The notes: generated by a model from the sequence alone, not told the origin. Positions 49,385 through 58,579 are shown, counted from the first letter of the stretch. The stretch: 64,000 nt of DNA from a bacterium (GCA_039630415.1 JBCNVB010000013.1:34079-98078), one strand, 5' to 3'. Numbers and translations: made by a program.

Positions 49385-50866
49385 TTATTTTCTTACTGCA
49401 ATTGCTGCTGGTGTGGAGAATAAACCTGGGATTGTTGTTGCTACTACTGCATTTTTTGATAGGTCTACTACATTTACTCTTTTAGCAACTTTACATGATA
49501 CATACATTTTATTACCTGATGGATCTATTCCCATATAAGTTGGTCCTTCATTTGTTTGTATGTTAGCTATTATTTTACTTGATAAAACTTCTATAACACT
49601 TACTGTATTTGAGCCCTCGTTTGAAACATATACCCATCTAAGTGATGGATGAACCACTATTTTGCAAGGTTTATAACCGGTTTTAAATTTTCCTACTTCT
49701 CTGTTGTTTCTTGCATCTACTAATGATACTGTATTATCGTTGTAGTTTGCTACGTAAACTCTTACTCCATCTGGTGTGGCTACTCCTAATGGTTGCGAGC
49801 CAACTTTTAGAGTATTAAGGACTTGTAAGGTTTTTGGATCTAGTGTTAATAAATATCCGCTTGAAGTATCTCCATATGAGACAAATAATTTTTCGTTTAG
49901 TGGGCATATTGCTATCCCATTAGGTTGAAGCAATCCTAGTTTAGAGGTTTTGGGGTTTTTATGAAATTCTATTGCCTTTGTTGGGAAATCTTTTGTAGAA
50001 TCTAGCATAATTAGTTTGGGATTAGGGCCCATCAAAGTTACGTATATGTAGTTTGGACTTACTGTAATATCCGATGGGATTGAATCATTGGATAGAGAAA
50101 AATTATTCATTACTTTGTTATTATTTTCTGGAGATATTACATAGAAGTTAGATTTATAATCGAGTGCGTAAAGTTTTTTGTAAGAAGGATGAAAAGATAT
50201 TAGGTGAGCTCTAGCATCGAGTTTAACGATAGCTTTTATTTTCCCATCAGTATGAGTACTCATGATTGATAGAGCATTAACTGCATTATACATCATGACG
50301 GCATCTTGTCCATAGCTTGAGAAATACTTTCTATCTGCGTATTCTAGGGGGTTGTGTCCGTATTGGATTGCTGCCATATCTGGAACATCTTCAGGACCGG
50401 CTGAATGAGGTATTCCTCCAGGAGCATCGCTATCTGAAGGAAAAGCTATGTAAACCTTATCTGTTTGTGGATTATAATTCATTCCCACTGTTGAAGAATC
50501 TATATTGCCTACTTTTTCTGGTTCTAGTATTACGTTTACGATCTTAACTTCGCCACTATTAAGTTGAATTTGAATTATTTGGGTTTTAAATTGTGGTTTT
50601 GAGATTGTAAGTTTGTACTGTCCTGGGGGTAGGTTAATAAATTCAAACGATGCTGATGAGGTAGTTACGTACTGTTGTGGCATACCTGGAGTTGGACTTA
50701 TTGGTTCAAGGTAAAGAAGTACTCCTATGCCGGGTTCTGCGCCTGTACCTACGCCAGGTGATATCGAATAATTAAGTATAACGTTTCCTCTTATTTGTCC
50801 TAGATTATTCGACGCTTCCAAACTAATCAGTAGCAAAGTTAAAATTACTAGGATAATCTTTGCCAC
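49385..50866 (-). CDS. Exported YncE/YVTN beta-propeller protein with carboxypeptidase-regulatory-like domain
   Basis: Signal peptide; NLPPGQY.LT.SK; repeated VG..P...TPDG.RVYVAN...NTVS.ID. Confidence 0.85.
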   Translation of the reverse strand: MAKIILVILTLLLISLEASNNLGQIRGNVILNYSISPGVGTGAEPGIGVLLYLEPISPTPGMPQQYVTTSSASFEFINLPPGQYKLTISKPQFKTQIIQIQLNSGEVKIVNVILEPEKVGNIDSSTVGMNYNPQTDKVYIAFPSDSDAPGGIPHSAGPEDVPDMAAIQYGHNPLEYADRKYFSSYGQDAVMMYNAVNALSIMSTHTDGKIKAIVKLDARAHLISFHPSYKKLYALDYKSNFYVISPENNNKVMNNFSLSNDSIPSDITVSPNYIYVTLMGPNPKLIMLDSTKDFPTKAIEFHKNPKTSKLGLLQPNGIAICPLNEKLFVSYGDTSSGYLLTLDPKTLQVLNTLKVGSQPLGVATPDGVRVYVANYNDNTVSLVDARNNREVGKFKTGYKPCKIVVHPSLRWVYVSNEGSNTVSVIEVLSSKIIANIQTNEGPTYMGIDPSGNKMYVSCKVAKRVNVVDLSKNAVVATTIPGLFSTPAAIAVRK

Positions 50867-51002
50867 TGTAAAACCACCTCCTTATCTTTAAGATTTGTAT
50901 TAATATTTCTATTTAGAATCTCCCTGTTGTATAATTTGTTTTCTATACCTTTTTGTCCTATGAAGGATATCGTGTCGGATTTATAGAAAAAAAGTAGCAG
51001 GT

Positions 51003-51506
51003 ATGTTAAAGGAAAACAAGGTAAATGAGTCAGAGGTGACTTTAGATAATCTATCTTTTTTTGATATTTTTCAGATACATAGATATTTGGACAATGTAGA
51101 AGTAGCGAGAAGAGCTTTTGGAATTTCTGGTGATATTTCCGGTCTCCAGGAGAGTGTTTCAAAGCTAAAAAAAAGTATAATCTTTAATAGATCAAGCTTC
51201 AAAGTGATAAAGTATAATAAAAGAACAGTTGGCTTTATTCAGATTCACTATGAAACTTATGATCAGGTAAAAATAGGTATAGTTATAGGTGAGAGGAAAT
51301 ACTGGGGTAGGAATATTGGTAGTATTGCTTTGAGAAAAATGGTTGATCTTTTGTTTAGACAGGATAAGAATTTAAAAAAGATAAGGTTAGATACTGCTTC
51401 GTATAATACAATTGCTAGGAGATGTTTTGAGAAGGTGGGATTTAGAGTATATATGGAAACTGAAGATAAAGTTTACATGGAGTTAGATCGTCCGTCAGAT
51501 ATATAG
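51003..51506 (+). CDS. GNAT N-acetyltransferase (RimJ/RimL-like)
   Basis: GIVIGE..YWGRNIG, N..A.RCFEKVGF. Confidence 0.85.
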   Translation: MLKENKVNESEVTLDNLSFFDIFQIHRYLDNVEVARRAFGISGDISGLQESVSKLKKSIIFNRSSFKVIKYNKRTVGFIQIHYETYDQVKIGIVIGERKYWGRNIGSIALRKMVDLLFRQDKNLKKIRLDTASYNTIARRCFEKVGFRVYMETEDKVYMELDRPSDI

Positions 51507-51569
51507 ATTCAAAGTCAAAAAAGGAGAGATGTTTTTGTTGTAGAAATAGGTAAGTAAGGGTGAATAGAA

Positions 51570-51657
51570 GGGCAGGTGGCCGAGCGGTCAAAGGCATGGG
51601 ACTGTAAATCCCACGGGCGAGAGCCCTTCAGTGGTTCAAATCCACTCCTGCCCACCA
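51570..51657 (+). tRNA. tRNA-Tyr(GTA)
   Basis: GGGCAGG..GGCCGAGCGGTCAAAGGCA TGGGA CTGTAAA TCCCA, long variable arm GGGCGAGAGCCC, AGTGGTTCAAATCCACT CCTGCCC A CCA. Confidence 0.96.
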
Positions 51658-51670
51658 CCGTACCAACCCC

Positions 51671-52222
51671 ATGCAACAATCCCCAAACATTACTCTTACA
51701 CCCATAGAAAGGCATAACCTCGTAACAATACACCAATGGCTAAAAGACAGTGATGAATTCTATTACATGACAGACTGGTTTTTCTCTAAACCTAATCTGG
51801 ATGAAATTGAAATTTGGTATAACTCCTTAATAAATAATAATCGCACAAAGGTATTTATGATATATTGCAATCACTTAAAAACTCCGGTTGGAATAGCTGA
51901 AGTATCTAGAATTGATTGGAAAAATAGACATGCATATCTTGGAATACTCATCGGTAACAAAGCAAATAGGAATAAAGGATATGCTACTAAAGCTCTAAAA
52001 ATTATTATAAAGATGTGTTTTGAACAAATCAATCTTAATAAACTTTATGCTACAGTAATAGAATCAAATATTTCTTCGATTAAACTCTTTGAAAAGCTTG
52101 GATTTCAGAAAGAAGCACAGCTTAAAAAACATAGTTTCATAGACAATACTTACCAAGACCAAATAATATTCTCCTTGCTAAAAGAAGATTATGAGAAAAA
52201 TAAAGATCTCTACAATGATTAA
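51671..52222 (+). CDS. GNAT N-acetyltransferase (SpeG/RimJ-like)
   Basis: IDWKNR.A.LGI.IG, R.KGYA, N..SIKLFEKLGF.KE. Confidence 0.87.
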   Translation: MQQSPNITLTPIERHNLVTIHQWLKDSDEFYYMTDWFFSKPNLDEIEIWYNSLINNNRTKVFMIYCNHLKTPVGIAEVSRIDWKNRHAYLGILIGNKANRNKGYATKALKIIIKMCFEQINLNKLYATVIESNISSIKLFEKLGFQKEAQLKKHSFIDNTYQDQIIFSLLKEDYEKNKDLYND

Positions 52223-52475
52223 TGCTATAAAAGCAATAATTTCTATAATCCTTTCTTTTGCTATCTATCAACAGTATATAGAAATAAAAAATCTAGAACT
52301 CCACAATCAATCTGTAATTCTGGAAGTGTATGCAAAAGAGTTAAAGCTTGCAAAACTAAAAAACCTTTGGCATGTTTATAACCAGAAAGATTACCTCTAC
52401 CCTTATATGGTAAGAAAATATGGAGTACTAGAAAAGGAAGGATATAAGTTGTATATTGTGGAGGTGGAAAATTGA
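52191..52475 (+). CDS. Small bitopic protein, DivIC/FtsL-like
   Basis: TM followed by a coiled coil and VRKYGV..K.GY.LY, like septum-formation initiators. Start is probably the ATG at 52215. Confidence 0.45.
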   Translation: MRKIKISTMINAIKAIISIILSFAIYQQYIEIKNLELHNQSVILEVYAKELKLAKLKNLWHVYNQKDYLYPYMVRKYGVLEKEGYKLYIVEVEN

Positions 52476-52630
52476 TGTCAAAAAAGCAAAATAAAAAGGA
52501 AACTACAAAGCAGGAGAATCCACAAGAGAAAGCAGATAGAGAGTTTGAAAAAAAACTTAAAAAATTCCTAAGGGATAGCGCCCAAAATATAGCTCAAGCC
52601 AAAAAGAATATCGAAAGAAAACAAAAGTAA
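52475..52630 (+). CDS. 51-aa basic protein not in the ORF track, resembling the YabR C-terminal helix
   Basis: SD GGAGGTGG and TGATG coupling. MSKKQNKKETTKQENPQEKADREFEKKLKKFLRDSAQNIAQAKKNIERKQK. Confidence 0.7.
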   Translation: MSKKQNKKETTKQENPQEKADREFEKKLKKFLRDSAQNIAQAKKNIERKQK

Positions 52631-52647
52631 ACTAAGCACAAAAATAA

Positions 52648-53385
52648 ATGCAATCAATAAAAAATATTGATTTCATAGGTTTTACTGGTAAAACAGGCAG
52701 TATTATATTTGAATACCTAAAAAATAAATATCATTTCTCAAATTTGATTAACTCACAAAACTCTAAAGATTATATCCCTGCAGATAATACCCTGATAATT
52801 GATTTCTCAACCAAAAATTTTTTACTACAACTACTCGAGAGAATACAAAATAGACATTATTGTAAACTAGTATATGTTACAGGTGTTACAGGTTTTTCTT
52901 TTGAAGAATTCCAAAAAATAGATCAGGTATTCAGGACTGTCAATATTAGTGGATACCATTTACCTAATTTCAGTGTCGGAATAAATTTAATCAATATGTT
53001 CGTTGGAAAAGTAGCTAAATACTTTAATGAATGTGAGATAATAGAAATGCATCATAAAACCAAAAAAGATAAGCCATCAGGTACATCTATTCTTACCTCA
53101 AACAATATACTTCAAACATGGAAAGAAAAGGGGATGAGTAATAAGGTAAATATTCATTCTGTTAGGTTACCTTCACTAGTGGCTCATCAAACTGTAATTT
53201 TTGCAAATGATTTAGGTGAGGTTATAGAGATAACGCATCATAGTTTTTCTAGACAGTCTTTTGCTTATGGAGTTTATCTTTTAGTTGATAAGATCCTAAA
53301 CGGTAATGAATATCATGTGGGTTTAAAATATAATCTCAATTTACTAGATCTTTTGGAATTGGATATAAGTAGTTTTATTCAGTAA
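52648..53385 (+). CDS. dapB: 4-hydroxy-tetrahydrodipicolinate reductase
   Basis: G.TGKTG, IDFS, G.TGF, NFSVG, EMHH..KKD.PSGT, IHSVR, HQ.V.F. Confidence 0.88.
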   Translation: MQSIKNIDFIGFTGKTGSIIFEYLKNKYHFSNLINSQNSKDYIPADNTLIIDFSTKNFLLQLLERIQNRHYCKLVYVTGVTGFSFEEFQKIDQVFRTVNISGYHLPNFSVGINLINMFVGKVAKYFNECEIIEMHHKTKKDKPSGTSILTSNNILQTWKEKGMSNKVNIHSVRLPSLVAHQTVIFANDLGEVIEITHHSFSRQSFAYGVYLLVDKILNGNEYHVGLKYNLNLLDLLELDISSFIQ

Positions 53386-53890
53386 CTCCGACTTTAAATA
53401 CGATGTATATACTTGATCCGTAGGGTCTGTAGAAGTCTACAGTAAATCTTGCATACCATGCTTCGGAGGAACTACCGTAGGTATCTCCTATACGTACTTC
53501 AAAATGTGTATCCGGGTAGTATCTGTATATTCCTACGTCTACATACTCTACTGTATATGTGTCATAGTTGAAACGAGTATAGGTTCCCCAGTATCCATCA
53601 TCGACGTATACTAATTTATCATTATTCCAGTTGTCATTTGCGGAGAATTTTACGTAAGCTGTTTCTAACCATCCTGTGCTACCTAGCCATTCTATATCAC
53701 CATTTTGCTTTTTTCTGAGTACTTTTACATACAGGGATTTACTGTTTTGTTGATTTGATGTAGTAGATGTAGAAGAAGTATCAAAAGTGGGTATTGGTCC
53801 TATTCCACCGCCACCTCCTCCACCCCCTCCACAAGAAACCATTACTAATACTATAAGACTGGCCATAATCGAAAGAAGTATGTATCTCAT
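53375..53890 (-). CDS. Lipoprotein with poly-Gly tether
   Basis: Lipobox MVSC followed by nine glycines and a Ser/Thr linker. SD AAGGAGGG. Confidence 0.75.
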   Translation of the reverse strand: MRYILLSIMASLIVLVMVSCGGGGGGGGGIGPIPTFDTSSTSTTSNQQNSKSLYVKVLRKKQNGDIEWLGSTGWLETAYVKFSANDNWNNDKLVYVDDGYWGTYTRFNYDTYTVEYVDVGIYRYYPDTHFEVRIGDTYGSSSEAWYARFTVDFYRPYGSSIYIVFKVGVTE

Positions 53891-53913
53891 TTTTCAGTCC
53901 CTCCTTAATTAAC

Positions 53914-54111
53914 TTAATTAACAGGATAAAATCCATCTGTAGTTGTAGTAGTTGTATCTGTTGTGGTAGTTGTACCTGTTGTAGTTGTTTGTTCTGTTGT
54001 TTGAAGTATATTGCAGTATGTAGGTAAAAATTCTATTCTTTCTCCTTTTCTACAGGAAATCATTATCGAAATAACAGAGCTAGCGACGAGTAATGGCAAT
54101 ACATATCTCAT
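53914..54111 (-). CDS. Short Thr-rich lipoprotein-like paralog of the downstream gene, possibly decaying
   Basis: MRYVL...MISC versus MRYIL...MVSC; LPTY versus IPTF. SD GAGGAG. Confidence 0.5.
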   Translation of the reverse strand: MRYVLPLLVASSVISIMISCRKGERIEFLPTYCNILQTTEQTTTTGTTTTTDTTTTTTDGFYPVN

Positions 54112-54122
54112 TTACTATCTCC

Positions 54123-54178
54123 TCTGTCTATATTATTTATTTCTGTCTATTTATTTATTTCTGTCTATTTTATTTCGA
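54123..54178 (+). repeat. Three copies of an 18-19 bp tandem repeat (TCTGTCTAT..TTATTT)
   Basis: Units start at 54123, 54142 and 54160; the last overlaps the stop codon of the 54165-54791 ORF. Confidence 0.8.
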
Positions 54179-54791
54179 CACATTCTGAGTTGTAATTTAG
54201 AAAGTTATTTATGGGGATTGCGCCTACTATGAAATTGGCATTATCGTATGGTTTGGGATCGTTGAATGAATCTGTGATGATTTCTCCTTTATGTGTTAAA
54301 ATTTGTACATACAATGGCATTCTTTCTATCCAGCCTAGCTCTTTTAGTTTTTGGGTATCTATCTTTAGCGTTATTTCGGAATCTTGGGGGTTGATTTCTG
54401 TTAATTGAATTATTTGTTTATCTTTTAGATGAGGTGTGTTTTCTGCTACCTGTTCTTTCGTTTGATCATATTTTATTGAGAGAGCTATTTCCCACCAATG
54501 GTCTGTAGCTCCTCTAATGTTGAATGGAAGAATGTATGTTCCATAATCCCTAAGGAAATCTAGGAGTACTACTACTGAGCTATCAGATAAGAAGGATTGT
54601 TTATCATATTTTTGGGTTTTTATTTTGATATATATATTTTTATGTTCATCGTATTTAGCTGAGTATTTGATGAGGTCTCTTATTTCATCGTATCCATCTC
54701 CTATTCTATAGTTACCTGTCTTATCTATTACTACTGTTCTAAAGTTATCTTTTTCTATTTGATTTGGACATCCTTGGACTATCCTAATCAT
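54165..54791 (-). CDS. Hypothetical protein
   Basis: 208-aa ORF with no signal peptide; contains IGDGYD..RDL and a beta-rich body. Confidence 0.65.
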   Translation of the reverse strand: MIRIVQGCPNQIEKDNFRTVVIDKTGNYRIGDGYDEIRDLIKYSAKYDEHKNIYIKIKTQKYDKQSFLSDSSVVVLLDFLRDYGTYILPFNIRGATDHWWEIALSIKYDQTKEQVAENTPHLKDKQIIQLTEINPQDSEITLKIDTQKLKELGWIERMPLYVQILTHKGEIITDSFNDPKPYDNANFIVGAIPINNFLNYNSECVEIK

Positions 54792-54834
54792 GTTTCACTT
54801 ATTTTTTGATTATTTTTTTGTTTATCACCTTAGT

Positions 54835-54851
54835 TGTAAAAAAATTGTTAA
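54835..54851 (+). promoter_or_regulatory. Direct-repeat box TGTAAA-AAAAT-TGTTAA
   Basis: Intergenic, 43 nt from the ATG of 54165-54791. Same geometry as the box at 4693 relative to ATG 4649. Confidence 0.55.
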
Positions 54852-54863
54852 TTTTAGTAAAAA

Positions 54864-55859
54864 TTAAATTGTTATCTGTTGGTTTTTAGTTTCAAGGGTT
54901 AGGTATTTGCTCGATATTATGATAATGTTTTGTGAAAGTTCATTGAGTTTATTTTTAAGGTTTTGTGGTAGATGTTTTATGAAATCTAGTTTTGCAAGGA
55001 AAACAAGCGAAGATTTTAGATCGTTTATTTTTACTGCTTGATCGGTATTAGTTATTGTTAATAGATTTATTTCTATATTTTGTGATAGTAAGTATTTGAG
55101 GAATGAGTTGATTTTTTCCACGAACTCTTCGTCTTCTTGTTCATCTACTGATATATTGTTTATTAGGAAGAAGAATTTAGGTGATATGAATTCAGCTTTT
55201 TCTTTTACCACTGGTTTTCCTACTTTTGCCCATTGTTTCCAAAGTATTTTTTTGATATCATCAGTAGATACATATTCTCTTACTGCAAAGAAATCTCCTT
55301 CTTGGCTTATTTTATACATCAAACTTATGTTCTGTTCAGGAGCGGTGTTTATAAGTTTATGGTAATTTATTTGTGAGAAGTTTGGGTAGATATAGAGGTT
55401 TGCTTTTATTTTTATTATTTTTGGTGATATAAGCTTGAAAAATAGATAACATTGCACTGCTATTTCGATATTTTCACTAAATCCTCTTTTGATTCCAATT
55501 AGATCTATTGATACTTCTTTACTTTTTTTGGGTTTGATGTAAAATAGATTCACCTTGTTTTGTTGTTGAATTAAGTTATTAACTACTTCAATGTTTGCAA
55601 ACAGGATGGGAAAGATTGATTGATTAGATATATTAATTTTGAGATTTATCTTTTGTCCTTTGTAGATTTGTTTTGGTGTGAGTTGGTATTTATCTATTGA
55701 TATTTTATTAGTTGTTGCTAGGGGGTAAATTAATGATATTAATAAGATACAGAACATTATGATGGAAAGTAGTAAAGTTAGAGGAGAACCAATATTTATA
55801 GATATTAGTAAACACAATGAACTTAGAAAGGCAGATATTATGTACTCTCTATGTCCCAT
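54864..55859 (-). CDS. DUF58 domain protein
   Basis: Two TM segments, KRG, IYP, GDFFAVREYV..DD.K.I.WK..AK, VKE. Confidence 0.85.
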   Translation of the reverse strand: MGHREYIISAFLSSLCLLISINIGSPLTLLLSIIMFCILLISLIYPLATTNKISIDKYQLTPKQIYKGQKINLKINISNQSIFPILFANIEVVNNLIQQQNKVNLFYIKPKKSKEVSIDLIGIKRGFSENIEIAVQCYLFFKLISPKIIKIKANLYIYPNFSQINYHKLINTAPEQNISLMYKISQEGDFFAVREYVSTDDIKKILWKQWAKVGKPVVKEKAEFISPKFFFLINNISVDEQEDEEFVEKINSFLKYLLSQNIEINLLTITNTDQAVKINDLKSSLVFLAKLDFIKHLPQNLKNKLNELSQNIIIISSKYLTLETKNQQITI

Positions 55860-55861
55860 TA

Positions 55862-56146
55862 TTATTTTTTGGCTGTGGTTTTTGTTTTTAGTGGAATTGA
55901 AGCTACTAGGGATACTCTCTTGTTATCCGCTTTGATTACGAAGTCCATTTCTTCTGTTTCTACATCATCTTTGTATTTCGATAGTAATTCTATGAGTTCT
56001 TCTTTTAATTTTTCTATTGTAGTATTTTTTTCTTGTGATCTGTCATGTACTATTACTAGTTGTAATCTTTCTTTGGCTATTTTGGATGATTTTTTTTGTT
56101 TTTTGAAGATATTAATAATTTCTTCTAACCATAGTGGAAGAGACAT
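55862..56146 (-). CDS. minE: Cell division topological specificity factor
   Basis: S..IAKERLQLVIVHDR, L.EELI..LSKY, IP. Confidence 0.93.
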   Translation of the reverse strand: MSLPLWLEEIINIFKKQKKSSKIAKERLQLVIVHDRSQEKNTTIEKLKEELIELLSKYKDDVETEEMDFVIKADNKRVSLVASIPLKTKTTAKK

Positions 56147-56161
56147 TATATTCCCTCCTGG

Positions 56162-56977
56162 TTATTTATTTTTTTTGAATCCTACCAGACTTACGAATTT
56201 TTCTAGTAAGTTGCTTTGGTTAAATGGGTTTTCTATGGGTATGTTGGGTTCTATTATTCTCTGAGCTATATTGTGGAAATATTTGTATAGTGGTTTAGTT
56301 TTGTTGAGAGCTAGTGGTTCACCGTTGTTTGTAGAGATGGTTATGTATTCATCATCAGGTATAATTCCTAGAAGTTCTATATTTAGTGTTTCTAGGATGT
56401 CTTCTATTGAAAGCATTTGTAGTTTTTTAACCATATGTTTTTTGACTCTGTTTATTATGAGTTTAGTTGATTTTTTTTGCATTGATTCGAGGTTAGCAAT
56501 GACTCTATCTGCGTCTCTTATGGATGATAGGTCGGGTGTGGTAACAACGATGGCTTCTTCTGCTGCTAAAGCAGACATTTTAAAGCCGTGTTCTATTCCT
56601 GCTGGGCAATCTATTAAGACGAAATCAAATTCTTCTTTTATTTCATCGATTAATGCTTTAAATTTTTCTATTGGTACGTCTTCTTTTTGTTTTGTTTGTG
56701 GTGCTGGTAATAAGAATAGATTTGGTATTCTTTTATCTTTGATTAGTGCTTGTTTATAGCTTCTACATCTATTTTCGATGACATCTAGGAGATCAAAAAC
56801 TATTCTGTTTTCAAGTCCTAGTATAAGATCTAGGTTTCTTAGTCCTACATCTGCATCTACAAGTACTACTTGATAGTTCATTGTACCGAGAATAGCTCCT
56901 ATGTTTGCGGTAACTGTAGTTTTTCCAACTCCGCCTTTACCTGAGGTAACTACTATTGTTCTTTTCAGCTTTTCCAC
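56162..56977 (-). CDS. minD: Septum site-determining ATPase
   Basis: SGKGGVGKTT, D.DVGLRNLD, DCPAGIE.GF, RDADR; amphipathic C-terminal helix. Confidence 0.97.
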   Translation of the reverse strand: MEKLKRTIVVTSGKGGVGKTTVTANIGAILGTMNYQVVLVDADVGLRNLDLILGLENRIVFDLLDVIENRCRSYKQALIKDKRIPNLFLLPAPQTKQKEDVPIEKFKALIDEIKEEFDFVLIDCPAGIEHGFKMSALAAEEAIVVTTPDLSSIRDADRVIANLESMQKKSTKLIINRVKKHMVKKLQMLSIEDILETLNIELLGIIPDDEYITISTNNGEPLALNKTKPLYKYFHNIAQRIIEPNIPIENPFNQSNLLEKFVSLVGFKKNK

Positions 56978-56984
56978 GTTTTAT

Positions 56985-57776
56985 TCACTCCTTTTGATCT
57001 TTTATTATTTCCATTCTTATGGAGTTATTTTCGGGATAGAATAGGATGTTTGAAATTTCTGTTGTTTTTATTCGTTTTTTTATTTCTGATTCATCGAATT
57101 CTGCTATCATGTTAGCTATTTTTATTAATGGGTTTTTGAGTTTGAGTGTAAATATGAAGCAGGAGGGGTTGTTGGGGTATCCTGCGTGAGCTGTACCCAT
57201 TAGTTTCCCTAGTATTATTATGTTTTTGGAGCTTCTGATTTCTGCTCCTGGATTCACATTTCCTATTAGAAGGATACTTTTTTGACTTTCTAATACAGAT
57301 CCGCCTCTTACGTTTTTTCTAAAGATAACTATGTCATTATCTTTACTATCTTGATTATTATTTTTTTCTGTTAGATTAGTGAATGTTGGGTATGTAGTTT
57401 GTGGTTTGTTTTGTGGTTGGGTGCAGGTAGGGTTGGGAGGTATTTGAGTGCGTGGAGTAAGTTTATTTTGCGTATTTATAATTGATGGAGCGTCTATCGG
57501 GATTGAATATGATAAAGCCAACATTTTTGTTATGGGGTTTGTATTCCTTATCATGTCTATTGGTATGTCATATGAATTAAACATTTGAATCAGATTTTTA
57601 AAATCTGTTTCATTTAATCCTATATCTCCCAGATCTAGTATGACTAGATTGTTTTCTACTATGTCTTTGAGTCCCTTATCTACGTATTCTTGAAGTTTTT
57701 GTTTTAATCTGCTTATTTCTTCTAGTTGTTCTATTTTTATGATTATTTTTCCTTTTTCGTGCTTTAGTTGAAGCAT
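56985..57776 (-). CDS. minC: Septum site-determining protein MinC
   Basis: VRGG, GNVNPGAEI, G.L.G.AHAG; lies upstream of minD. Confidence 0.9.
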   Translation of the reverse strand: MLQLKHEKGKIIIKIEQLEEISRLKQKLQEYVDKGLKDIVENNLVILDLGDIGLNETDFKNLIQMFNSYDIPIDMIRNTNPITKMLALSYSIPIDAPSIINTQNKLTPRTQIPPNPTCTQPQNKPQTTYPTFTNLTEKNNNQDSKDNDIVIFRKNVRGGSVLESQKSILLIGNVNPGAEIRSSKNIIILGKLMGTAHAGYPNNPSCFIFTLKLKNPLIKIANMIAEFDESEIKKRIKTTEISNILFYPENNSIRMEIIKDQKE

Positions 57777-57781
57777 GTTAT

Positions 57782-58411
57782 TTAATTTGAGTAAATTACT
57801 GTTGTAAGTGGTTTAGGTAGGAAGCTTTTAAGGGTAATTATTTTACCTGGCCATTTTTTATTGATTTCTTCTAGTATTTCAATTAGTTTGATTGCTCTTT
57901 TTTTACAATCAATTTCTTCGAGGAATGTTTGCTTAACTTTGGGATTCAGTTTCATGATAGAAACTATGGTATCTGTAAAAGAGCATAAATTTTTTTCTTT
58001 AATTGATTTTTTGATAAGTTCATTCTTTAGTTGAGGAATATAGTTATTTGCTAGGTTTATAATTTTTTCAACAAGTTCTCTGTATTCTCCGTGAATTTTT
58101 TCTTCTATGATTTGGTAGTTTTTAGTATATGGATATATATCTTCAAATTCTATTTCGATTATTTTAACTCTTTTGGAGGCTTTTAGCTGTACTATAAAAA
58201 CGTTGAATGATATTCTTTGAATATTTACTATTTCGCATAAACAGCCGTATTCGCTTATTGTGAAGCTTTTTTCGTCCTTAATCATCGATGTTATGAATTT
58301 CATATTGGTTTTTATGTTTTCAAGAAGTTTGTCATCATTAATTATTACTCCTATTATGTTTCCTGGTATTATAACTAGATTTGACAATGGGAATATGTAA
58401 ATCTTATTCAT
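57782..58411 (-). CDS. Stand-alone Lon substrate-binding (N-terminal) domain protein
   Basis: FPL.N.V..PG, G.LCEI, R..I, KQ.FLE..D...R. Confidence 0.8.
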   Translation of the reverse strand: MNKIYIFPLSNLVIIPGNIIGVIINDDKLLENIKTNMKFITSMIKDEKSFTISEYGCLCEIVNIQRISFNVFIVQLKASKRVKIIEIEFEDIYPYTKNYQIIEEKIHGEYRELVEKIINLANNYIPQLKNELIKKSIKEKNLCSFTDTIVSIMKLNPKVKQTFLEEIDCKKRAIKLIEILEEINKKWPGKIITLKSFLPKPLTTVIYSN

Positions 58412-58483
58412 TTTCCTTTAGAATAATTTTCAATTTTTATACTTTGTTTCCTTTCAGGTAGGTTTTATATTACTGGGGAGATA

Positions 58484-58500
58484 TGTTAAAAAAATGTAAA
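58484..58500 (+). promoter_or_regulatory. Direct-repeat box TGTTAA-AAAAA-TGTAAA
   Basis: Intergenic, upstream of the glycine-zipper gene. Confidence 0.6.
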
Positions 58501-58579
58501 AAAACAACCTAATGGTTTTAATATACGTATTTGGTAGTATATAAATAATTTGAAAATAGCGAAATAGGAGGTGAAAAAT

